Part shown: one piece after another, positions 52,909 to 64,000 of the stretch | Position numbering within the stretch: position 1 is the stretch's first letter | Layout: every line of letters starts with the position of its first letter | NCBI GenBank assembly: GCA_963924565.1 | Contig: OZ004612.1 | Coordinates: 9,424,001-9,488,000, forward strand | DNA from: Ascidiella aspersa | Taxonomy: Eukaryota | Length of the DNA: 64,000 bases | Direction of reading: 5' to 3' | Translations under genes and position numbers: made by a program | Notes under the pieces: model-generated | The model's database searches: none | What the model was told of the DNA's origin: nothing | What the model saw: the letters and a program-made list of their open reading frames with translations, nothing else

Positions 52909-53295
52909 ACCAGACCAATGTCCCCTTCATTAGTATGGTACTTGAACCATATTCACATTCTCTCATAACGCGGTCGCCACTGGTCTGTGTGGTGTGGAGA
53001 CCAGACCAACGATTATTTCAATAACTAGCTAGTATGGTATGTGAACCAGATGCATTATCTGCTTTATTTCATGATGCGCTTAGCATAATCAGATTTAAAT
53101 TTACCAGTTCGCCGCTGGTTTGCATAAAATAAAAATCTGGCTAACTCTTCTCGTCATTTATATGGTGTGTGAACCAGGCCTGACATTATTTTCATGCAGA
53201 ATTTATCGCTGATTCACACCGTTAGTAAACCAGACCCACAATCGTTGTTATTTAAATGGTGCGTCGCCACTAATTCATATATACCGAAACCATAA
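52885..53295 (+). repeat. Degenerate array of short palindromic units spanning the homeobox stop codon and 3'UTR
   Basis: About 6-7 variants of CTGGTTC-(gtatggtgyrt)-GAACCAGACC at ~52889, 52930, 52980, 53030, 53157, 53210 and 53269. Confidence 0.6.
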
Positions 53296-54730
53296 TTCTA
53301 AGCTTAATTCAGTTCAATTAAAATACAAATTTTTCTGTTTCATTTTCTTCTTGAAGAACAATCAAAGACATACTAATCGACATTTTCTGTTGTGAAAGTT
53401 GCACATGTTTCGATCTTAGTTACCAGACGCAGCAACCTTTCCACTGTGATGTCACATTGGTAACTGGTAGTGTTTATCTTGCTATTTGATTAATAACAAC
53501 TTAGTCTTGGTAATGCCTAGCAAGTAATCGGCCAGAAACAAGCAAAGGTAGCCACTAAGAGTTTTACTTATATCGAGACACAACTCTTCCCGTACGTCTT
53601 TGTAGTTTTCCTTTGTCTTTTTCATACTTTCTGAAAGACTTATGTTATAAATCGCACTTAATAATTTCCTATGCTTTACATTACTTTTCAACCTGTGTTT
53701 GTAACATAATGTTTGCCCTACACAGCGAGAATTTAAATTTCATTGTTTTCGTGACCACTTGCAAGCAAATTATCAACAAATTTAAACGGTTTTGATACAG
53801 TTTTTCGGCACATTATCCGTTGTTTATTTTAAAAATACAGCAAACGATTTTTGGATCCCCAAAATGGCGGCGTCTGTTGTTATTGCTGCATTTTATTTTT
53901 GTGTTTACCTCTTCCATTTTGTTTTGTGTCTCGCACCAATGTCCTTATATAATGTATTGCACGCTTTCGCATAACGCAGGAATTTACCAAGCCATGTAGA
54001 GTATGTAGGTAGAGAAACGCATAATAGAAAGTCCAGTAGCTGTTTGATATGGGCACTGCCTACCCCTAGATAACTTTGTAGCTGTTATATGTCTATCCCA
54101 AAAAATGCTATGCCATAATATTGATATTTGCCAAATACTATAAGGGTATACGTTAGCGTTTTAAATATTTTTACCATGCACGCTTGCTTTGCCCAATGTG
54201 CCATATAGCCATACTAAAATTGCCACAATCAAATTTAAAAAAATAAGGGGCGTATTTTGGGAAAAGATAATAAATTCCAAGGTATCCCAACCTCTATCTA
54301 TGCCATTGCCTTTATGGAAATAATGGGGATAATGTTTTTTTTTTAATATTGATTAATTGCGTTTTATATCGTTCCAACATTTTCCTACATAAATGTCTTG
54401 GTTTCATATTTTGTGCTCTGCTTTGGTGCCTTTTCTTCAAGCCTGTTTACGTTCTTGTTTCAAGTGCCTTTTTCAACCAAATATGCGCCCGGTTCCTTTT
54501 TTACGTTTATAACCTACTTTATCATGTGTCATGTTTGTTTGCATTGTGAGCTTTTTACCTATATGAATAAAGTTCCGTTTTAAAACAAGCAAATTTGTGG
54601 TGAGACCAATTCCAGAGGGGAAAAACGAAGTTAGTAGGCCTACCATATTATTAAGTGCAAGTGAAATAACATTTAAGTTAAATTAATAATTAGAACACTT
54701 TGCGAATAAGACGTGTAAAAGGCTGTAATC

Positions 54731-55073
54731 CAGTGGTTCTCAACCACTGGGCCATGGCTTACTGGTGGGCCATACGAACATTTGAGGTGGGCCACAGACC
54801 ATTTAAAAAAGCTAGATTTAGTTTCATTTGTGTTACTATATTTAATTTTATAATAATAATGGCTTTGGCTGAATTAAAAAATGACTGTAAATTTATTGTT
54901 CAGCCTCTATCTCACTAATGCACGGTTGAATAAATAATCTGATTTGAAATATGTTCTGCTGTGTTTTGTTCTAAACCTATTTTACAGGTTTTTCTTTCAT
55001 AAAAATTTTATTGGGCCACAGAGTTTTTTGCAACGTAAATGGGCCACGAAAGAAAAAAGGTTGAGAACCACTG
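54731..55073. mobile_element. hAT-type MITE
   Basis: Perfect 15-bp TIRs CAGTGGTTCTCAACC / GGTTGAGAACCACTG; 8-bp TSD CTGTAATC / CTCTAATC. Confidence 0.9.
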
Positions 55074-58000
55074 CTCTAATCAGTGTTTTAAGTGATACCT
55101 AAATTTGCATTTAAAATTACAACTGAAGCTTCGACAGGTGTTATAGTAACAAATATAGCTGGTCTTCGCAAAACATGATCCCCCAAGTACCGTTCTGATC
55201 TCACTAATTAATTCACTTTTCCTCCAAGGATTAATAACCTAACACGAAAGGTAAAAGACAAAGCGTAAGAACGATTTAGAAGCAAATCAAATTAGCAATT
55301 CGATTTCTAATCTGTTTAGACAGCGCTTGGATTAATTAGCGCTCGTGCGCCTTTCGGCTTGGCTGGAGTCTGAAATGTTAAACAAGATAATTTGATCGGG
55401 TTTCATTAGCGTTTTCGGACTTGGCTAGTCATCCATAAGTCGTAACCCGTTCTGTAACCACTATTTTCGCCGATATTTTGCCTTTCCGAAGGCATAGCGT
55501 TAAAGGCGGGACCCAGAACAGCCGATAATGGTAATTTGTGAGTGAGATTTCTAAATCTTTTGGAGAGAACTTGAAGTCGTTGAGAAAAAAGCGAGTTGAG
55601 TTATAAGGATTTCACATGAGGTCAGAGATAGCCACCAACAGATCACAACGCAATTTTTTTTCAATGGCTCACATGTACTTTTAAAATAACGAGATATTAT
55701 TAAATAGTGCAGCAATGAATAAATGGTAAATCATTTTTGTAATATGGTCCCGCTGTTGAAAACTGTGCTGAAAAACGTATCTTTTTCACGGTGAAGCTTC
55801 TTTTTGACTCGGAGAAAACATAAGTTTCTATTACTTGGTTACCTTTGTTTGGTTTTGATTTAAAATATCTATCAAATCGTTTCAAAAACATATATATCAT
55901 CAATCAAGGACAATAAGACTTAAGCAGAACCAACTTTTTGCTTTTATATTAATACGTAATTAAACTTATGTCTCATCTGCGTTTTTATAGATTAAGGTCT
56001 CATTTGTGACCCGTGCTTTAAGAAGGTTCGCCCTAAACTGACTGATTTTGCCAAGATAATAAAAAAATAATGCTGATAAATGCTGATTTCCAATTTCTCC
56101 TAAATAAGCCAAATTCTTTTTATGTCCTAAAGAGACGAACAACCAGTAGAATATGGCGATCACGTGAGATGGAATTTTAAGTTTACAGTCTAGCGCCGAA
56201 TTCGTCTAAATATTTTTCAATTGCATCAGGAAGGTCAATATAATCTCGCCAGAGACCAAAATTTTAAGTTTTTGTATTGATTTGTTAAGTTTTTTTCGTG
56301 CGCTTAACGCATCTCTCACAAAGAACCCGTCAATACACAATCGCCGTGACAAATTAGATTAAAAATTATTATTAATATTAAAAAAATGATGTTTGTTGAA
56401 CATCCTTGATTTTTGATGAACCTATAATTGTGTGGATATCTATAGTGTGTTTTTTTAATTAACATTACAATTCTATTACTGGGATAAAAATTAGTTGAAA
56501 AATCGAAAAATTGGTGAGAGCGTTTTATGGTTTATTTCCAGACTGATAAAACCACAATTAAACAGATTTGATAAACATTTTCGATCACCAACCGATTCAA
56601 TAAAATCATCCGAGCAACAAAAAGGCGTTTTTTAAACTTTTATTCTTTATCAAGATTGATTTCCGGTCGTCGTTCACTTGCAAACTTTTTACCGACTTTT
56701 ACGCACTGGTGCCGGATTTTCACTTATTGAATCCCAAGGCTGCATTGCGCCCAAGCATTTTCGCATTTCTTGAAGTAAAAAACTGTGTCTAAAACTCGCG
56801 CCGATGTCACTTGTGGTTCCGCGGAGATTATGCAACCCGAATACCTTGGTTTTCGCTTGTACAGCCCCAAAATTCCGCCCCTGGCCGCGGCAAAACAACA
56901 AGATAGAGTGCCATCAGCTTGTCGGCAAAAACGCTTTTCGGCAAAAATTTATAAAAAAAAGATGCACTTGACAAAAGAAAACTTGCGGTTTAGACGATAT
57001 ACAACCTCGCGTCTTGCCGAGGCTTAGCGAGATTAGTCTGCGGCTGTGAAAAGCAATTCATTTGCGGTCGCTGGTGGCAGGCGATCGCGCCTATCGCCCG
57101 ACGTGTTATTGCGCTGCGGGTAACGCCAGCCTGATTTACGACCCTTCCATATTTTGCCCCGACACAGGCCCAGCGCCACAGCAGAGCCGCCCTTGTTTAT
57201 TGGGATCTGCGCCTTAGGAGAGATTGATCTGGAGGTTATACCGCCTTGAAAGCCGCAAGGGGCGGCTTAGTAGAGCCGCCGTGCGGTCTACATTGGCCGG
57301 TATCAATCGCTGTTTCTGTTGATTGTAACGACACGTTATAGGGTACCCGAGACTTCTCGCGGCAGCTAACTTTACCGCATTCCCGCCGGATTAACGCCAC
57401 CCAGTGGTGTTGGCTTAGCGCTGTGGGAACCGGCGCCCGTCCCGACCTTATTCGGAAGTTGCCCCCTAAAGTTCTAGAGCGATATGCCCTGAGATAGGGC
57501 AGAGCGGCCAGACTGAAAACAAAGTTGCGATGTTACAACGGTGCGTATTTTCGGAAGTGGGTTCCGCCAAGCACGTGGTCATGTGACTAGTATCGGGGTT
57601 CCCGTTGGCCGGTTTACAGAAACTAATTTTAAAGTTTTATATTTATTCACGAGTCTATTATATGGATTTATATGCTCAGTTTAAGATCCTACATTTGTAC
57701 CATCCACTAAAAAAAAACTATAGATGTATGGTTATTATTTCGAGTATCATTTTTGTGTTTGATATTCACATAACGAGTAGTGTACACATAGTAATAGTTA
57801 ACACCATACATTAATCGTTGCTGGGAACGAAAAGGAAAACCAGTGTGGCCTTTAACCAGCTAAAAAGTTTATTTAAAAGATCCTGAATGTTACGGGGCTC
57901 CACGAGGTTTGAACGTCCAACGCATGCATGGTATTTTACGGGCTATACGCGAAGTTACATCTCACAAATGACAGAAAAAACGTGTTGCACCTTTTCTCTC

Positions 58001-58241
58001 AATTTGTCCTCTCTTCTAAAAAACTGAGCACTGTACTTAAGAAAATAATACAAACTCGTAAACGATAGTTTGATTTAGAATCGTTACACAGGGGGTGTTG
58101 CACGAATGTATTTTGCTGTTTATTTGTATCCATAAGATTTATACGCTTTCCTCACCCTTACGATTTCTCGCTATAGTTTCACTCACTGTTTGCCAAGTGG
58201 TAATGTTCTATATTTCTATCCTTTCTGTTGACAACTTTTAT

Positions 58242-58598
58242 CAGTGTTGTAAACAAGTCATCTGAAAATGAATTAAGTCCCAGTCAAGTCTTTTGCAAAG
58301 CAACTCAAGTCAAACTAGTCTTTTTCAATCTATGACTAGTCAAGTCCCACTTCGAGACATCAGCCAAAGTCATTGTGGGAGCAAACCAACTCTACGTAAA
58401 GTCATTATCCAAATTAAACCATTAAAATTGGTAAACTCTTCCGATTAAGAGCAATACACCACAAAAACGCAACATAGAGCAAGTACACTGTTTTATGTGC
58501 GAAATTAAGATAAACAACCGATTTTGTTTTAATGCTTAATAAATGCACTTCGTGTCAACCCAAGTTATTCGTCCGAAAGAAGTCATTCGAAAACACTG
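58242..58598. mobile_element. GACTT-rich DNA transposon family, copy with both ends
   Basis: CAGTGTTGTAAACAAGTCA ... AAAACACTG, opposite orientation to the copies at 7.7 and 22.1 kb. Confidence 0.65.
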
Positions 58599-59484
58599 CC
58601 TTTATCACTTATTACATATTTTTTGCTCAACGGTGATCGTATTGGCGATTGTCTTTGAGGAGATGTAGGTAGGCTATTGCAAGCTTATAGTGTTGCTATG
58701 TTCTTGTTTATGATGATAAAGATTTCTATCTTTGTAAATAGCCGTATTTGTCTAATTCTAAATAGATGAATCGGGTGGCACTATACATAATTGATTTGAA
58801 TTCTCGCCAATGCGCACAATCATGCTTGATCTGGTCAAAGTGAGTTGCTTACGTGCCACCTGATTTAAAGGTTTCTAGGACGCTAATATTTTTATAACCA
58901 AAAAAGAACGCTTTTTCCTAATCGTCATTTGTAGTCTCCATTTATTTAATAAAATGCAACTTAGTATACAAGAAGTCTTTGTTGTAGAAATATCGCTCAG
59001 TAACACAACAAATATTATAGCTTTTTTTCTGGTTCAGAAATGGAGCCTGCAATCTTCATTTGATGTACATGTGCAGTCCACCTAAAAAAACAGTCCTTAG
59101 GTAACAACAAACATTAGTTCTTTAGAAATTAAAACAACTCTTTTTCTAACTGAAAACAAACTTGATAAACTTGATTTCATATAAATGTTATACTGGTAGA
59201 TATTTACGATGTCCCGATAGCACATCTTTGGAAACATATACTTCTCGACTAATGTATACTATTATAGTTGGTTTCTGGAGTTAAGTGTTTTTGTCGATTT
59301 TGCGAACCGCGAGCCACTGGTCCATTTTATAACGGCACTATATGGACGATAAAGCTATATTTGTGCAATGGAATTTGATTAGCTTTAACAATCCTTCACT
59401 TAAGCATAAATTTGTTACTAGTCATAAAAAACTTCGGACCAAATTAGCTAAAGCGAACCTATACTTAAAAAAATTGGGCTACAT

Positions 59485-59832
59485 CAATTTAAGCGAAATC
59501 TTTGGTAATATTAACAGCTTTCCGTCAAATCAGATATTAAAATGAGAAATTGCAATGAAATCCAAGCAACAACACCGTCTAAATATTTTGCGAATTTTTA
59601 TGCCCATACCTGACAGAGACTAAAAGCAACAGTTAAGACGCGATATTAAGCAATTTAAACGGAGTCTTTGGTAATAATAACAGCTTCCTTTCAAATCAGA
59701 TATCAAGGTGAGAAATTGCAATAAAATTCAAGCCTACCTATTTTGCAGTTTTTCACAGCCCAACATTAAAAAGTAAAGCCTGGACCTGACCAAGTCAAAA
59801 GCAATAGTTAAGTCGCGGCTTTGAGCAATTTA
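59485..59832. repeat. Diverged ~170-bp tandem duplication (2 copies)
   Basis: tctttggtaata.taacagctt...tcaaatcagatat.aa..tgagaaattgcaat.aaat.caagc...aaaagcaa.agttaag occurs twice. Confidence 0.75.
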
Positions 59833-60684
59833 AGTTCAAAGCCGAACCGTGTCACCGGCACACATCGAGATGAGGCACGTTTTAATTCCGCTCGACGGCA
59901 ATATTGCAAAACAAAGGCTTTCATGTCGGATGCAAGACGAGAGAGGTTTTACGCCCGGTTGCCTAAACCGAAACAAGCGTCTTGTAAGTTTGTTTTGCCC
60001 TCGACCCGTAATTCGCCTGTTTACACAAACGGCCCAGGAAAGGGGGTGAAGGGGGCTTGGCTGAGTGAACCCCGAAACGCCGTTCCTTTTCGCTGATTTC
60101 GCCTTATACGTGCCGTTTTTTTCGACGCGAGTAACAAAAGGAATGTCGCTAAAACAGCATTGTTGCAAGAAATTGCGGACGCCATTTATGGTCTCACACA
60201 GATACATGCATTCAAGCGGTTTGACCAAATGCGGCGCTAAAGATAGACATTTTTTTCATGAAAACCCCAAAGTGGTACAGTTGCCATTTAAACATAACGA
60301 TAAAAGATTAAATGTCCGAAATATTTCGAAGCCTTTTGATCGATTTAAACCAGAATAATATTAAGTATCCGCGTTTGAGCAAAACATTACCTCAAAGAGG
60401 GAATCGAACGCGCGACCCCTTCCTTTGGGCAGTTTGTTAAGAAAGCACATATTATAAACTAAATATATCTCGTAATAGAGGTGAACCGGTTATATTACAG
60501 AAACCACACTATAGGAATTCTGTGATTAAGATTTTCTATAATTCAAAAAGGCCAAGCGTAACAACAGCGACAGTATATCAAGCGCTTTTGTCAAGGGCTA
60601 ATCGAAATTTTCTAAAAATCTTGCAAGTAGGCGAAACTCGAAATGCTTTTTGCAAGCAAGTAGTTGGTATACTTTGGTTTAGCG

Positions 60685-60950
60685 CAAATTGCGGCTCGCA
60701 AGCATGTTTTTTGTGGCTCTTCTAGTCGAATCGTAAAATTCCCCCAAAATTGTAAAGTCTACCAAGAGTACCGTCATTGAACGTTTCTCTCTTTTTTTTC
60801 TTTATTTATTTTTTATTGTTATATTACAATTCTGTTATTATTGCTGACCTTGCATTATTTACCGTTTTTGTATTAGAATAATTTTGAGGCTCTCTGGTAC
60901 TTGTATTTTTCACAAATAGCTCTTCCATTGAATACATTTGCCCATCCCTG
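60685..60950. mobile_element. Second, internally deleted copy of the 2062-2468 hAT MITE
   Basis: Shares gcatgttttttgtggctcttctagt...ctaccaagagtaccg and the 3' end ttgccca(c/t)cc(c/g)tg; flanks GTTTAGCG / GTTTAGGG; left TIR tip missing. Confidence 0.85.
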
Positions 60951-61087
60951 GTTTAGGGGTTCACAAAATGCGCACAACAAGCTGCAGTAAACTATTTTTA
61001 TCTTGCCATCGGAATATATTGGCCGAAAAATGCAAAACGCTCCTGTTTTATGGTCAAAAAATCAAATGATTGCTTGTTTTTGCTTAC

Positions 61088-63356
61088 CTTCAAGCGTATC
61101 GTATTTAAGGTTCTTGCCGAAATTATCAAAGTAGGCTGGCGGGGGATCAATAGGGTGGTTGAGCTCTTTAACATCGGAACGAGCGGGTACAATGCCTGGA
61201 CAAGTTATAAATAGAGACAGTTTAAATGGTTGTCTCGAAAGGCTTGTCCGTAGAGCACACCTAAAACAAGGTTGCGAAATAGGAACGAAAAAAAAGGTGA
61301 TTGTTGATTTGTTGAAAAGGTGATTGTTGATTGTTGATTGAACCATACTTTTAAGCTACTTGTAATTGCGGTAGGTACATATATAGGCTATATGGTTTAT
61401 GCGTTTTAGAAAGAAAAATTGCTTCGGTCCCTCAAAACATCTAAAAACACTGTATTGGACGACCACGAATCCATTCAAATGCGTGATCACTGAAACAAAT
61501 AAAACCTGAAAACAAGCGGCACAATGTTGACAAATTGTATTGCACTGTTAACTTGTATTGCACTGTTAAGAATAAAAACGGTAAAACAAGTGCACAGAGT
61601 AAAATCAACAGTGCCACTTGTTTTCTGTTTTTGTGTAAGACAAATAGGGTTCATCAGAGATTAAAACAAATCATTAAGCTTTACACCTAAATACAAGAGC
61701 ATAGGCCTAACATTTGGTTCCACAAACCAATATTTGTATGTAAACTACAGTTTAGTGGTGACGAGTTAAACTTCATTTGTTCACCTGAGTGCCGAAGGTC
61801 GCTTGACATTCTTAAGGCAGCTTTCACCTTGAAAAACAAAAAAAACTTCAAATTATCTTAGTTTACAGAAGTATAAAGTATTTTGTATTATAAACGAAAA
61901 ATGTCTACATGCAGATTTATCAGCAATCAATATGTTTCTTAAATATCAGCCTCTGTAAACTTCTTAAAGGTAATATTTCCCCCTTATTTTAAAGACCAGC
62001 GAAAATATATTTATATTATAGATTTTACGTCAGTGCATGTACGTCAGTGCACGGTTGGACGAACTTAAATTTGGCTTACAATTTTTGTATTGCAACGATA
62101 AGATCTGTCACAGCACTCAAAACTAAAAATGTTGCAAGTTATGATTATTGCTAGTTTAGTACACGTTGTCGTTAATTTAATACCAATCGCTATATAATAA
62201 AGTATTAGGTCCTAATCATAAGTTTCTCAATTTATTTCAAAGAATGCACGATGAGATTCGCTACGAACATATTACGCTTCTTCGCATTACAAAAGTTTAA
62301 GGGACACCATCACTAAATGACATATCCCAAACTTAAAAGAAAAGGTTTACTTTAAAATATTCTGAGAGAATGTTGTTGCACCGATTATTTTATCGTTTGT
62401 GTGTGCGTGATTGTTTCTTGGTTTTATCGTTTGTACGTCTGCTGTTCTTTCCACTCTTTCTTTCTCACTCACGTAAATTATATCGCTTTTTCACTTCTGC
62501 ACCTCATCTTTCACGCTTTATTTCTCATCTTATCACGTTTTCTGTTAATATAATATATTATAATTAGTAACGTTTAGCACTTACTACATATTTTCCTCTC
62601 GTTATGGTGGTTGGAGAAACCGAAAGCAAATGAAGGGATTCGGGTTTAGGGAAAGCTTGAATAAGATTTGGAGAATTTTTCAATTTACGTTTCCGCCCGT
62701 TTTTAGACGTTGGCCGCGTTTTATTATTTTACGTATTTTATTATTTTATTTACGTCCGCTGATATTAAAACAGTTAAAAGCAGTGCTTCCCCAAACGTTG
62801 GTCGCGACCTATTGGTGCGTCGCGAAGGTATTTTAGGTGGGTCGCGAAGCATTTTTAAATGTTACAGTTTTCTATTAGATCGAGAAAATAGTGCACTATC
62901 ATTACGTAACATTTATGCAACAATGTAACAAATGCGTAACCATTAGATGGTGTTTTGTCGCAGTATTTCAGTACGTACGCCAGTAGGAAACATGCAGGTT
63001 TTATGTAACTGTTATTCTTATTTCCTATAAGATGCATTTTAAATTATTGCTGAACAATTTGGTCATATCTCATTGCGGGTCGTACAACAAAACTTGCATT
63101 AAAAGTGGATCGCAAACTGAAAAAGGTTGGGAAGCACTGGTTTTGAGGCACTTTGTTAAGCGTTTGGCACCCGACAAGTAAAGGACTCATGTAAATTGGC
63201 ACAACAATATTTTATGAACCCCGACGAACTCACCTCCCGTTTGTTCTCGGCCAAGATCCTGGCCACCTCGTCGCGTCCAAACTTGTGCCGGATGTTGAGT
63301 GGGATGTCGTTTACCGTGATCTCCGATTCGGCGCTCACCCCCGAATCCCGTGTTTC
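61088..63356 (-). CDS. Partial gene (three internal exons), TEX33/CIMIP4-like ciliary/sperm protein; 5' end beyond the window, 3' end unresolved
   Basis: Phase-compatible exons 63234-63356 (ETRDSGVSAESEITVNDIPLNIRHKFGRDEVARILAENKRE), 61785-61827 (VKAALRMSSDLRHS) and 61088-61195 (GIVPARSDVKELNHPIDPPPAYFDNFGKNLKYDTLE). IPxNIRHKFG and the downstream Y-F-D-x-x-G-x-N-L segment recall TEX33; this is from memory, not a search. Confidence 0.65.
62781..63139. mobile_element. hAT-type MITE
   Basis: TIRs CAGTGCTTCCC(C)AA / TTGGGAAGCACTG; degenerate 8-bp flanks GTTAAAAG / GTTTTGAG. Confidence 0.8.
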
Positions 63357-64000
63357 CTGCGTTGGGGCCAAAAGGACCGGATGTGAGAGGTCGTGGGTTA
63401 AGCAACCGGACAACGGAGGGGTTCAAAATGACGCAATGGGCCGTGTCTAGTACTAGAGACCTATTCGTAGGTGCTGTAACCCCCCACCATAGGGCTTTGA
63501 AATGTTTTCCAACTCTTGGCATTCATATTTGGTTTAAATCGGAGGGTTTATGAAGTACAGTTAATACAAGTTTTAAAAATCATCAATAAGGCTTAAATAT
63601 TATATCATTAAGATGTGAAAAAATGTAGTATGGGATACAACTGAATACATCCCTTCTTTCTAAAAAAGATCTTTGTAATATAAAAAAGTGGTAGAAATTA
63701 TATAGACCTTAATATTATCTTGCGTAAGATTTGTAGGCCAGTGGTGAGACTGCTGCTATACCTTGTAGTTTTGCTATTATATGTTATTTCGCTTAATATA
63801 CACTGCAATTTGTAAATCGCATTAAAAAAGTATTTTTTCTTTGAAAAAAAAAGATTTTTTGGCGGAACTCTGATTTTGTAAGTTATGAAATGTTACGTAA
63901 CCAGAAAACCCAAACACTGGCATGACTTTACTATAGTGCCGTTGATTAATGTACAATTGAAAAAAATACATACATCGGTGAAAACTGTAGTTTTCTTCTG

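Noticed and set aside
51616-52966. Several minus-strand and alternative-frame ORFs over homeobox exon 3 (also 38571-38951 over exon 1)
   Set aside because: Shadow ORFs produced by the GC3-rich codon usage of the real exons.
58600-59340. Candidate terminal exons of the minus-strand TEX33-like gene
   Set aside because: Acceptors exist (~59082, ~58860) but no phase-consistent, motif-supported chain could be built.

Overview
Eukaryotic, AT-rich animal genomic DNA with GT-AG introns. The compact genes and repeat types suggest a tunicate or other invertebrate chordate, but that is inference. Splice-aware manual reading gives five genes, most of them invisible in the ORF track: (1) a complete 9-exon XK-related (Xkr scramblase family) gene on the minus strand, 451-6591; (2) a divergently oriented 5-exon type-I membrane protein, 8408-10647; (3) a 10-exon type-II membrane-anchored S1 (chymotrypsin-fold) protease, 12476-19670, with an intact H/D/S triad but no canonical zymogen-activation switch; (4) a 3-exon PRD-class Q50 homeobox gene, Uncx/unc-4-like with an OAR motif, 38586-52908, inside a ~38 kb gene-poor region of GC-rich islands; (5) three internal exons of a minus-strand TEX33/CIMIP4-like gene entering from the right edge. 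Non-coding sequence holds several hAT- and Harbinger-like MITEs, tandem repeats and a tRNA-derived fragment. It also holds two (possibly three) minimal hammerhead-ribozyme motifs, one split by a MITE insertion and visible only after removing the element and one target-site copy.
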